From Candidatus Heimdallarchaeota archaeon (GTDB lineage Archaea > Asgardarchaeota > Heimdallarchaeia > Heimdallarchaeales > Heimdallarchaeaceae): a stretch of 27,786 nt of DNA. Below the pieces are notes generated by a model, which saw only the letters and a program-made list of their open reading frames with translations, was not told where the DNA came from and did no database searches. A program made the position numbers and the translations under genes. Below are positions 1-8,275 of the stretch, in pieces; position 1 is the first letter of the stretch, and the number at the start of each line of letters is the position of its first letter. The stretch lies in NCBI GenBank assembly GCA_018238545.1, contig JABCTC010000043.1, positions 1 to 27,786 on the forward strand, written 5' to 3'.

Positions 1-55
1 GAATTATCAAATATTCTTAAAATAATTGATAGAGATATTAAAATCAATAAAATAA

Positions 56-232
56 ATGAAGCTTAATAAAAGATTTCACGAAGATCCATTTAACACTGGA
101 GTCATACGAAGATATATTTTATCGAAGGTAAGTAATTTCACAATTAGTGAAGATGATTGTATGAAGCTCTATGAAATGCACTTAGAAGAAGCAGCATTAA
201 GAATTGAAACTATTTTAAAACATAATAGCTAA
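56..232 (+). CDS. Short hypothetical protein (58 aa)
   Basis: Own translation: ATG at 56, MKLNKRFHEDPFNTGVIRRYILSKVS...LRIETILKHNS, TAA at 230-232. It overlaps the end of an upstream open frame (1-66). No recognisable motif. Confidence 0.3.
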   Translation: MKLNKRFHEDPFNTGVIRRYILSKVSNFTISEDDCMKLYEMHLEEAALRIETILKHNS

Positions 233-670
233 AATAAAACCCTGCATCAAACCTTCGCCCTGATCGAAGCTGTTCCGGCTGAATTCCTCCGGTTTGCAAC
301 AACTCATTTTCACTAATTCAGCCAACAGAATTATTAAACAACTCCCCGGACCGGTCAACTTCCGATAAGCCGGCTTATAGATAAGTGGACCTGGGATTCA
401 GCCTCCTCGAGCCCTGCGGTTCGTATATTATAAACTCAGTTATCTGCAGAATTTAAAACCCGTGCCTGGTTGTCAGCTCAACCTTTGGGTAGACAGAACA
501 AGTTCTGCCCACTTCTCAGGCTCAGAGTGGTTTTAGCAAAATACCTCAAGCTGTCAGCATTAATTGAAAAAGGGGTTCAGACAGAATCCTTTGGATTTGA
601 ACTTCATAGCAGGTGGTTTATAAACTGGACGGCCGGAAATTGTTTCCAACTGCCTGGTCAGTTCCAACTA
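233..670. repeat. GC-shifted non-coding segment with several imperfect inverted repeats (possible degenerate attC-like sites)
   Basis: About 46% GC over 241-660 by hand count, in an otherwise AT-rich window. Stem CTGTT-cc-GGCTGAATT (270-285) / AATTCAGCC-AACAG (315-328); perfect palindrome ATAAGCCGGCTTAT (365-378); imperfect hairpin at 623-663. Confidence 0.4.
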
Positions 671-674
671 TATA

Positions 675-785
675 TTATTTCCCGGTATTTTTCTTAATAT
701 CTATTCTTTCTAACACAAAGTCTCTGATCTCTTTCGCTTTCTCATACACATCCTTTGTTTCTTCAATTGCAGGAACATGAAAATC
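675..785 (-). other. HEPN-domain-like C-terminal helix fused in frame to the activase
   Basis: DFHVPAIEETKDVYEKAKEIRDFVLERI resembles the end of MNT-HEPN toxin proteins (RYP-DF-xP-xEEAxEAxExAxxIxxFV). Recognised by eye only. Confidence 0.4.
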
Positions 786-3767
786 AGAGAAACTCGGGAA
801 GTACAATTTTATTCTTGGATCTTTAATATCAACTCTTTTGTTATCTGAAGTAATGACAACAATTTTTCCATCTCTCTTTTTTACCTTAGTTACCTGGAAC
901 GGTTTTTCTTCTTCTTTCTTCTGACTCTTTTGGAAATTCGTAATTATCTCAAGAAATGCTTCAAGACGAGTTTGTGTTCCTGCATCAGCTGTATGCGAGT
1001 CAAGTTCTAAAATTAGAAATGGTTTTGAGCGCATCTCAAAACGAACGAAATTCTGCACAAACGCATCAATTGTACAACTATAACTGTTAATATAGAGTAA
1101 GAATAAGTTATCGTTTTCTTTGGCTAGATTAATTGCTATTTTTACATAGTTTGAAAAATACCAGGGGATATCATCTACCTTTTCTTTCTCAAGAAAATCA
1201 AAAGGAATGACAGTTATACCCATACTAGCCAATTTTTTTGGGATTAATTGGGAAGTCTCTGGTGGAAAAGCATTATAGCTTCTTCCAAGTAACAAAATAC
1301 CTATTTCATTGTTTTCATTTAATCTTTCTATCGTTTTCCTTCCCCAATCTAGAAATTGTTTTTCTACTGTTGTTTGTTTTTTAACTGCTTTTTCGTAAGC
1401 AGCAATGGCTATTTTCTTAGGTATTTCTAATTCTTTTACAGCCATTTTAACCAAAGCTTCATCCTTTTCATAACCTTCTGCAAAGTTAAGAATAGGACTA
1501 AGAAAATTAGTTTCTCTGAATGCAGTAGCAATAAAATATGGACTTGATTGAGTAACAGGACAGAATGTAGCATCATGCCACTCTTCTCCCTTCTCTAAGG
1601 TATGCACTTGTGGTAGAAAAATCAGCGGAATTTCTTTCTTCACTAAATCATTTACAGCCCCATGAAGCACTTGAATTGGATAACAGAATGGTGCATTTGT
1701 AAGAACTTCTTTATCTTCATCAATATCAGATAAAACTACTTCAAAACCCATTTCTTCAAAAAACGTGGAGAAAAGAGGATAAAGTGTGTGAGTCAGTAAA
1801 GCTCTAGTTATACCAACCTTCCCTTTGGAGCTTTTGATTATTTTATTCTTTTTAAGATTATTTTCAAAAATTAAATCATTACGAAGATCAACAAGATTTT
1901 CTTTTTCTTCAGTTTTTTCTGAGCCTCTCCACTGATGTTCATATCTAGAACAACTTCCGCCAAAAGGAAATTTACGAGCCCCTACTTCATATCTCTCAAT
2001 CTGGCAGTAATTCTTACATGCTTTGCAAGTAAAACTACCTAATTGCTTTAACTCTTCACTGATTAAAGACTGAAGGTCTGTTTTCTCAGCCATTCCTTCG
2101 ATTTCATGATCAATGTATTTTTTGTTTGCAATTAAACCAATCCCGAAAGCACCTATAAGCTCAGGATTAGGTGGGATAATAATCTCTTTACCTGTTAATT
2201 GGGCAAAAGCATAACCAACAGCATTATTTTTAGCAACGCCACCTTGGAAAAATACTTTCTTCCCAACTGCTCTAGAACCTTTAACTTTGTTCAAATAATT
2301 TACAGCGATAGAAAACACTAATCCCCCGATGATATTATCTCTACCATAATTTTCTTGCATAGCTGTTCGAACATCAGTATTAATGAAAGCAGCACAATCA
2401 GCTTTGAATCTAACAGGATTACTTGCTTTCATAGCGACGTCTGCAATATCATAGACTGTAACACCTAGGTCTCCTTTAGCACTTTCTTCGAGAAAAGAAC
2501 CTGTTCCAGCAGAACAACTTGCATTCATCGCATAATCCACGGGAACACCATTTTGCAGGAACATGTATTTTGAATCTTGACCTCCAATTTCGAAGATAGT
2601 ATCAACATCTTCATCATAATAAACTGCACCTTCGGAATGTGCAGATATTTCATTGTAAACAGCTGATGTACCTAGATAAGCACCTACAAGTTGTCTTCCA
2701 GAACCTGTGACTCCAAGCAGTTTTATCTTTTGATTACCAACTTGTGAAATAATTTCTTGGATGCATTTTCTTGTAGCTTTTACTGGGTTTCCACTTGTCC
2801 TACCATAGTGAGATGCTACGATAGCCATATCTTCTGGATCTAAAAGCACAGCTTTTGTAGTAGTTGAACCTACATCAACACCTAATATGAATGAAGTATT
2901 GGCGCTAAAGTTCTTCTTGTTTTCAACCGGAGGGATTATTGTCACCTGTTTGCTGAATTGCTCCAAAGAAGGTAATGTGGTGAAGCTCTTGCTTATTTTC
3001 AATTTTAATTCTGTTTGTTTAGGGTTATCCTCCTCTAAAAGTGCAGTCCCATAAGCTTCGAAAACTGAGCTAACATCTTTTACAACTACTTCTACATCTT
3101 CGAGTTGTTCTCTTAGAATTTTCACAAAAGCATCATTAAGTGCCACACCACCAATAAGTAATATTCGTTTAACATCTACTCTAGATTGGAAAATCAAACC
3201 CTTGATCTTATTAGCCATACTAGCAAGTACAGATGCTAGGACATCTTCAACTGAAGCCTCACCTCGATTCAGCTTATGAGTAATGTCCGATTTACAATGA
3301 ACAGAACATCGAGAAGCTATTTCTATTTTGTTTCCTTTATAAGCAAGAGAGATCGCTTCAGGGAGAGAAATATTCAGTCTATCAATTTGTTGGATGAAAA
3401 ACTCACCGCTACCCGCAGCACATTTGTCGTGAGAAAGAACATTGACGATGTAACCTTCTTCATCCAAGACATATAGAACAAAAGCTTCGCCTCCTAAAGA
3501 AATAATAACATCAAATTTTTCATCAAATGAACTTACACCTCGTTCTACTGCAACAACCTCTGAAACGTCTCCAAAAGAGCCACTAACTCTATAGAAACTT
3601 TCTTTTAGTGTTTTGTTTTCAGCTAAAATTTCATCTAAAACTTCGCTAGGTTTTCCTAGATGTGACCTCTTAATTATGTTAATATTGTTTTCATCATCAA
3701 TATTTACAAAATTAACAGAAACTGATCCGATATTGATTCCTATGTAACACTGAGATATACCAAACAC
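675..3767 (-). CDS. CoA-substrate-specific enzyme activase / 2-hydroxyacyl-CoA dehydratase activator fusion (two BadF/BadG/BcrA/BcrD ATPase modules + DUF2229), C-terminally truncated
   Basis: Two ASKHA modules: GINIGSVS...KCAAGSGEF...RCSVHCKSD and GVDVGSTTTK...EIGGQDSK...SCSAGTGSFLEE...CAAF. These are followed by a CxxCxNxC linker, FCYP/FCP motifs and ELDSHTADAG. Family members normally continue several hundred residues past LYFPSF; here the ORF ends about 35 aa later in unrelated sequence. Confidence 0.88.
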   Translation of the reverse strand: MFGISQCYIGINIGSVSVNFVNIDDENNINIIKRSHLGKPSEVLDEILAENKTLKESFYRVSGSFGDVSEVVAVERGVSSFDEKFDVIISLGGEAFVLYVLDEEGYIVNVLSHDKCAAGSGEFFIQQIDRLNISLPEAISLAYKGNKIEIASRCSVHCKSDITHKLNRGEASVEDVLASVLASMANKIKGLIFQSRVDVKRILLIGGVALNDAFVKILREQLEDVEVVVKDVSSVFEAYGTALLEEDNPKQTELKLKISKSFTTLPSLEQFSKQVTIIPPVENKKNFSANTSFILGVDVGSTTTKAVLLDPEDMAIVASHYGRTSGNPVKATRKCIQEIISQVGNQKIKLLGVTGSGRQLVGAYLGTSAVYNEISAHSEGAVYYDEDVDTIFEIGGQDSKYMFLQNGVPVDYAMNASCSAGTGSFLEESAKGDLGVTVYDIADVAMKASNPVRFKADCAAFINTDVRTAMQENYGRDNIIGGLVFSIAVNYLNKVKGSRAVGKKVFFQGGVAKNNAVGYAFAQLTGKEIIIPPNPELIGAFGIGLIANKKYIDHEIEGMAEKTDLQSLISEELKQLGSFTCKACKNYCQIERYEVGARKFPFGGSCSRYEHQWRGSEKTEEKENLVDLRNDLIFENNLKKNKIIKSSKGKVGITRALLTHTLYPLFSTFFEEMGFEVVLSDIDEDKEVLTNAPFCYPIQVLHGAVNDLVKKEIPLIFLPQVHTLEKGEEWHDATFCPVTQSSPYFIATAFRETNFLSPILNFAEGYEKDEALVKMAVKELEIPKKIAIAAYEKAVKKQTTVEKQFLDWGRKTIERLNENNEIGILLLGRSYNAFPPETSQLIPKKLASMGITVIPFDFLEKEKVDDIPWYFSNYVKIAINLAKENDNLFLLYINSYSCTIDAFVQNFVRFEMRSKPFLILELDSHTADAGTQTRLEAFLEIITNFQKSQKKEEEKPFQVTKVKKRDGKIVVITSDNKRVDIKDPRIKLYFPSFSDFHVPAIEETKDVYEKAKEIRDFVLERIDIKKNTGK

Positions 3768-3922
3768 CTTATAGATTCAATAGATAGAATGTAAAACAAT
3801 CTGATATTTAGTGATATAAAAGATTTACCTAAAATACATTATACAAGTCTGAAATTGTTATTTACAATAAAATGGAAATGGATGCAAGATAAAGGACTGG
3901 ATACGATAAAAAAAGAAGATTG

Positions 3923-4270
3923 TTATTGCGTGATTTTACGTCTAACAACCACAAGAACTGCAAACACTACTAAAGCAGGCAACAAATAAAGAGCTGTTTG
4001 CTGAGTTTCCTCAGGAAGCAATGAAATTGTGAAATTATCTTCCATTGTAACATCTTCGAAATCTTCTGAAAATACCATTGTTTCAAAGGTTATTTCTTCA
4101 TTCGTAACTGTCACATTAATGTAATTATACTCAGCGAAGTAGACATCTCCTTCAATAGCATTACCAGTAGCTGTAGGAGTATAAAGAGGAGCGCCTGCAC
4201 CACCTGTTACAAAGTGAGTTATTCCTTCTCTAGTTGTTCTAAGATAATAGTGATCATGACCAGCAACAAG
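3923..4270 (-). pseudogene. 3' fragment of a membrane-anchored calcineurin-like metallophosphoesterase (purple acid phosphatase-like)
   Basis: The frame extends upstream of the listed 63-aa ORF: LVAGHDHYYLRTTREGITHFVTGGAGAPLY (GHxH metal motif plus VTGGAG), ending in a TM anchor followed by RRK. An in-frame TAG (4271-4273) lies directly before LVAGHDH, so the N-terminal motifs are missing. Confidence 0.8.
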
Positions 4271-4994
4271 CTATATCGCTAAGGAATTGATGATGACAGA
4301 TAATCTAGATTTTTCTATTCCAATAGATGAATTTTCTTTCTCTGGTGGAGTAGCAGAGATGATCTATGGTGAGAGTAAGGCATATAATGACATTGGAGCG
4401 TATCTCGCAGAGGAAATTAAGGCGTTAATGGAAGAATACGAGTTACCAATATTCGAACCCGAAAATAAGATTAGGGCTACGGTTATAGGAGCTGGTTCTT
4501 TTTCCCTTTCTGTATCTGGATCTACATGCTATTTTGATAAAAGTATCTTGTTCCCACTCGAAAATATCCCAGTTATCAATGTGAATATACTAAAAGAAAA
4601 CTTCAGTCCAGAGAATCTTGAAAAAGAAGTTAATCGAGCTTTCAAGAGATTTGATATGCAAGAGGGGGGGGATTTAGTTGCTTTATACTTCAAGGATCCA
4701 ATCCATAGATCCGCTTATTATTTACCGGAATTTGCTAAAGCCATCGAAAAAGCTCTCCCTAATTCAATTAGTAAAAATATGATGATCATTTTGATTTTCG
4801 GTCAAGATATGGGAGGATCTGTGGGAATAGCCCTCCGTCGTGAAACAGCAATTCAGAGTAACCTCATTTGTATGGATGAATTGGAACTTGAGGAGGGTGA
4901 CTGGATCGATATTGGTGCTCCTCTATACTCTGGTCAAGCTTTCCCTGTTACTGTAAAGAGCTTGGTGTTTAACAAGAATAAGAATTCTTCCTAG
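4260..4994 (+). pseudogene. eutA: 3' half of ethanolamine ammonia-lyase reactivating factor EutA
   Basis: FSGGVA, IRATVIGAG..S.SVSGST, LxNIPV and DWIDIGAPLYSGQAFPVTVKSLVF are EutA hallmarks. The N-terminal ATPase half is absent, and an in-frame TGA lies at 4257-4259. Confidence 0.82.
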
Positions 4995-5092
4995 AAGCAA
5001 AAAGACAAATCACAGATACAAATATATGTACAATTATTTAAGTTAGGAAAAAAAGACCGAATACTTCACCATCGACCATTGGAAAAAAGGAT

Positions 5093-5133
5093 AGCCCTTC
5101 ATCCAGTATGCAAGCATACTGATTCAGGGGGTT
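5093..5133. terminator. Stem-loop between convergent genes (terminator or small structured RNA)
   Basis: Perfect CAGTATGC-AA-GCATACTG (5104-5121) within an outer AGCCCTT/GGGGGTT stem. On the minus strand, T-runs follow. Confidence 0.4.
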
Positions 5134-5169
5134 TATGATGAGAGACGCACATTATTAAACAAAATTTTA

Positions 5170-6042
5170 CTATATTTTTTCCACTTTTCCATTTATCAAT
5201 TGTACTCTTTCGAAATTATCACCGACAACTTTCGGAATCAGGTTTTCGTTATATTTTAAGATTGGTTTAGCCATTTTCGTATCAAGAATGGATGTAATTG
5301 CTTCTTCTGGGCAATCTCGCTCGCAGTAATAACAACCAAGGCAATCTTTTCCAATCTTCGGAAACCCGGAATCGTCCATAACTATATTGTGTGTCGGGCA
5401 TATATTCACACAAATTCCGCATTTAGTGCATTTAGATTTATTGACCTTGATCATTTTGTAAAGCATTGAATGAGTTATCCACTTTGCATTTATAGCACGC
5501 TGAAAACGAAACATGAAAGGTGGTCTTTCATCAAATTCTTCAGAAATATAATTTTCATTCTCTATATTGGATTTGATATTTTTACCAAAATTCTCCGCTC
5601 GTTCCAAATCTTCAGCATTGGGACTGTTTGGAAATAATACATATCCACTTTTTACAAATCCGTAAAAATCTTCTCTGCCGCGAGTCTTTAAATATCCTAC
5701 ATCTCTTCCGCCCTTTTTTGTAAGTTTCTTTCTCAAACGATTGCCTCCTTCTCCTATAACAAATCCATACAAAATAAATGAAAAGAAGGGAATATTTAAT
5801 TTTGGAATAGTTTTGAGATAGTCCGCTACGTTAAATGGTAGACTCACAAAATATGCTGGAGTTCCTATTCCTAAAAGATCATAATTCTCAATAGAAGGCG
5901 GCACACCACCCGTTAGATCATGCAAGTCAACATCATAGCCTACACTTTCCAATCCGGCTACTACTTTATTGGCAACTTTTTTGGTGGTTCCCCCAACGGA
6001 GAAGTACACAATTAAACATTTGACCATAAATTTGTTCACCAT
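5170..6042 (-). CDS. EFR1-family ferrodoxin (flavodoxin domain + 2x[4Fe-4S] ferredoxin)
   Basis: YFSVGGTTKKVA flavodoxin loop, GIGTPAY, and C-terminal CTKCGICVNICP and CLGCYYCERDCP. Confidence 0.9.
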   Translation of the reverse strand: MVNKFMVKCLIVYFSVGGTTKKVANKVVAGLESVGYDVDLHDLTGGVPPSIENYDLLGIGTPAYFVSLPFNVADYLKTIPKLNIPFFSFILYGFVIGEGGNRLRKKLTKKGGRDVGYLKTRGREDFYGFVKSGYVLFPNSPNAEDLERAENFGKNIKSNIENENYISEEFDERPPFMFRFQRAINAKWITHSMLYKMIKVNKSKCTKCGICVNICPTHNIVMDDSGFPKIGKDCLGCYYCERDCPEEAITSILDTKMAKPILKYNENLIPKVVGDNFERVQLINGKVEKI

Positions 6043-6261
6043 CTACTCTTAGTCAATAAAGCATATAAATTTTTAGTAGAAAATGTCTATTAAAAAAAGA
6101 GGTGGAGGTAGTTATGGAATAAATTACTTCAGTTAGATGTCATCTTCCATATAGGAGCAGAATCTCCATTGATTTTTTTCTTTTTTGTACTACTTTTCTT
6201 AAATTTAATATTGCTACAGGATATAGAAAATTTATTTAATAAACAAGAAGTTGAAATAAAT

Positions 6262-7083
6262 ATGTCCAAAATAAAGACTAATGACATCATGACATATTAT
6301 GAAATTAATGGAAAAGGAAATCCCTTCATATTCATTCATGGAGGTTTAGTTACTTCTACTATGTGGCAACCTCAAGTAGATTACTTTTCTAAGTTCTATA
6401 AAGTTATTACATATGATATCAGAGGACATGGAAAAACAGGAATTTCACCATTAAGAAAGTATTCCATCGAATTATTTGCAGATGATCTAAAAAAATTAAT
6501 TGAAAAATTGAATATTGCAAAACCAATTATATGTGGACTATCCTTGGGTGGAATGATTGCACAAGTTTATGCTACGAAATATCCACAAGATCTAAGAACA
6601 CTAATCTTAAGCGACACTGCTATATCAACCTCTTTAACATGTTGGGATAAATTAATGGTCTACATTTTATTTCCAAAATGGGTGATGATACCAACATTAC
6701 GAATAATGGGCGTGAGAAATTTTATTAAGTTTTCATTTTGGTTTGCAAAATTAACAAGAGGAAAAGAGTGGATTGGCAATAATAAAATTGAGGAATATGA
6801 AATAAATGAAATGTTGAAAATGGATAAAAAAGAGTATTTAAAAGTATTCGGTGCCATTTATGATTTCAAACTTCAAGATTTAGCTAAAATAAATTTGCCT
6901 ACTTTAGTTCTTAATGGTGAAAATGAATCAAAATCCGTGCAGTATCATGCAGAAGTAATGAAAAACTTAATACCAAATTGCAAATCAGAAATTATACCTA
7001 ATGCAGGACATACTTCAAACCTTGAAAATCCAGAGGATTTCAATGAAGTATTGAAAAAATTTCTTAATTTACATCAAAACTAA
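6262..7083 (+). CDS. Alpha/beta hydrolase (PcaD/MhpC-like)
   Basis: FIHGG, YDIRGHG, GLSLGG nucleophile elbow and IPNAGH..NLENP. The start was moved from the ORF-track TTG at 6169 to ATG at 6262 (MSKIKTND), where the family begins. Confidence 0.9.
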   Translation: MSKIKTNDIMTYYEINGKGNPFIFIHGGLVTSTMWQPQVDYFSKFYKVITYDIRGHGKTGISPLRKYSIELFADDLKKLIEKLNIAKPIICGLSLGGMIAQVYATKYPQDLRTLILSDTAISTSLTCWDKLMVYILFPKWVMIPTLRIMGVRNFIKFSFWFAKLTRGKEWIGNNKIEEYEINEMLKMDKKEYLKVFGAIYDFKLQDLAKINLPTLVLNGENESKSVQYHAEVMKNLIPNCKSEIIPNAGHTSNLENPEDFNEVLKKFLNLHQN

Positions 7084-7121
7084 AAAATAGAAAAAGAAGA
7101 AAGAGAATAAGAAGGGGGGTT

Positions 7122-8177
7122 CTATTTTCTCTTTCTGTTTATTGCTAAAGCAGCAATCGCTATAACAGGTATGGCTAAGAATGCATACAAAGATACACTG
7201 ACGTATCCAGTGTCATCTATACCAAGGACGGGGTCATGAACAAGTTTTAGGTTATCACCATAATTAGGATAGACTAAGAACAGATTAATGAACTCTCTAC
7301 CGAAAGCATGACCGATTCCATAAGAAGAATCTTCACCAAAGCTTGTTGCAGTAGAATTTACAGTAACGGTATCAACATAGGTTCCATCTTCATCAAAAAC
7401 ATCAGCTTCAGGAGTCCAAGCGAAATAACCCTTAAGATCATCGTCATCGTAAAAACCTACACCATCTCTTGTATGATTTGCTGTTCTGTCAGTAGTAGTA
7501 TTGGCTTGATCGGGCATGCTTGCAGATTGAGATTCTTCAGGCACATTAACTCTATCCCCAAGTTGTACTCTACTTCTAAAGTGATTTTCGTGAACCTTAA
7601 CATGAAGAGCTAAACCAACTGCGTCTTCACTAAAAGTCCAACCATCTATAATGATATCGAATTTAACTTCCTTGAGACCTTTCACTTCATGAGTGTATTC
7701 AACATCGTCAATAGTTTGTGTTACAGTTACATCCTCTAAATACACATGATAAACAAAGGTAAGTGTAGCTCCATTGTCAAGTTCTGAAGAAGTTTGTGTG
7801 ATAGTTATTTCATTTGTGGTGTTAGTAATATCCAAAGTCCAAGTAATCTGATCGGAAGCTAGATTATAGACTTTACCACCAAATTCATCCCTTGAATCTA
7901 TTATCAAATCATTACCAAACAGTTCAGTAATATAATGAAAACTAACATGAAAAACCTCTGTATTTTTTCCTGTTTCAGATGCAGAACCTAACCAGAAGAA
8001 GATATCAGGTTTTCCCGAATGCATTTTAACTTTAATGTTTGAGGTTTCTATGTACATTGATCCTTGTCTGTTTTCAGCTTTCATATCTGAAGAAGGCACT
8101 GCTACAGCTGTTGATAATGTGGAAACAAAGAGAACTCCAACCATTGCCATCATAAAAATTTTAGTTTTGGAAATCAT
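7122..8177 (-). CDS. Secreted, C-terminally membrane-anchored cell-surface protein of unknown function
   Basis: Signal peptide MISKTKIFMMAMVGVLFVSTLSTAVA; Thr/Asp-rich beta-rich body with KFDIIIDGW and LVHDPVLG; C-terminal TM followed by NRKRK. Confidence 0.8.
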   Translation of the reverse strand: MISKTKIFMMAMVGVLFVSTLSTAVAVPSSDMKAENRQGSMYIETSNIKVKMHSGKPDIFFWLGSASETGKNTEVFHVSFHYITELFGNDLIIDSRDEFGGKVYNLASDQITWTLDITNTTNEITITQTSSELDNGATLTFVYHVYLEDVTVTQTIDDVEYTHEVKGLKEVKFDIIIDGWTFSEDAVGLALHVKVHENHFRSRVQLGDRVNVPEESQSASMPDQANTTTDRTANHTRDGVGFYDDDDLKGYFAWTPEADVFDEDGTYVDTVTVNSTATSFGEDSSYGIGHAFGREFINLFLVYPNYGDNLKLVHDPVLGIDDTGYVSVSLYAFLAIPVIAIAALAINRKRK

Positions 8178-8215
8178 TTTTATCTAACATTTATAGAAAA
8201 GCAGCATATATGAGA

Positions 8216-8275
8216 TGTTGCATTTTACTTTGTTGCATGACCAAATAAGGTTAAAATGCAACGTTGTGCAACGTT
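8216..8275. promoter_or_regulatory. Array of four TGCAAC/GTTGCA boxes (candidate operator)
   Basis: TGTTGCAT at 8216 and 8231; TGCAACGTT at 8257 and 8267; perfect 11-bp inverted repeat GTTGCATTTTA (8217-8227) / TAAAATGCAAC (8252-8262). Confidence 0.65.

Noticed and set aside
470-697. 75-aa plus-strand ORF
   Set aside because: TTG start, no motif, lies in hairpin-rich DNA and overlaps the activase stop; probably spurious.
3923-4114. 63-aa ORF as a stand-alone small membrane protein
   Set aside because: It is the tail of the longer phosphoesterase frame that reaches 4270.
5119-5140. C/D box sRNA, hammerhead ribozyme or IRE
   Set aside because: No downstream D box, no GAAA hammerhead core, and no CAGUGN loop.
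6090-6170. Fluoride-riboswitch-like wording (CAATGGAG...ATGACATCTAAC, minus strand) and micro-ORFs MEILLLYGR and ME
   Set aside because: The pseudoknot pairing does not match, there is no fluoride-related gene, and the ORFs are too short to support.
6169-6261. Apparent signal peptide on the alpha/beta hydrolase
   Set aside because: It arises from T-rich intergenic DNA read from a TTG; family similarity starts at ATG 6262.
8216-8275. Mini-CRISPR or MITE
   Set aside because: Repeats are only 6-11 bp, with no spacers, cas genes or target-site duplication.
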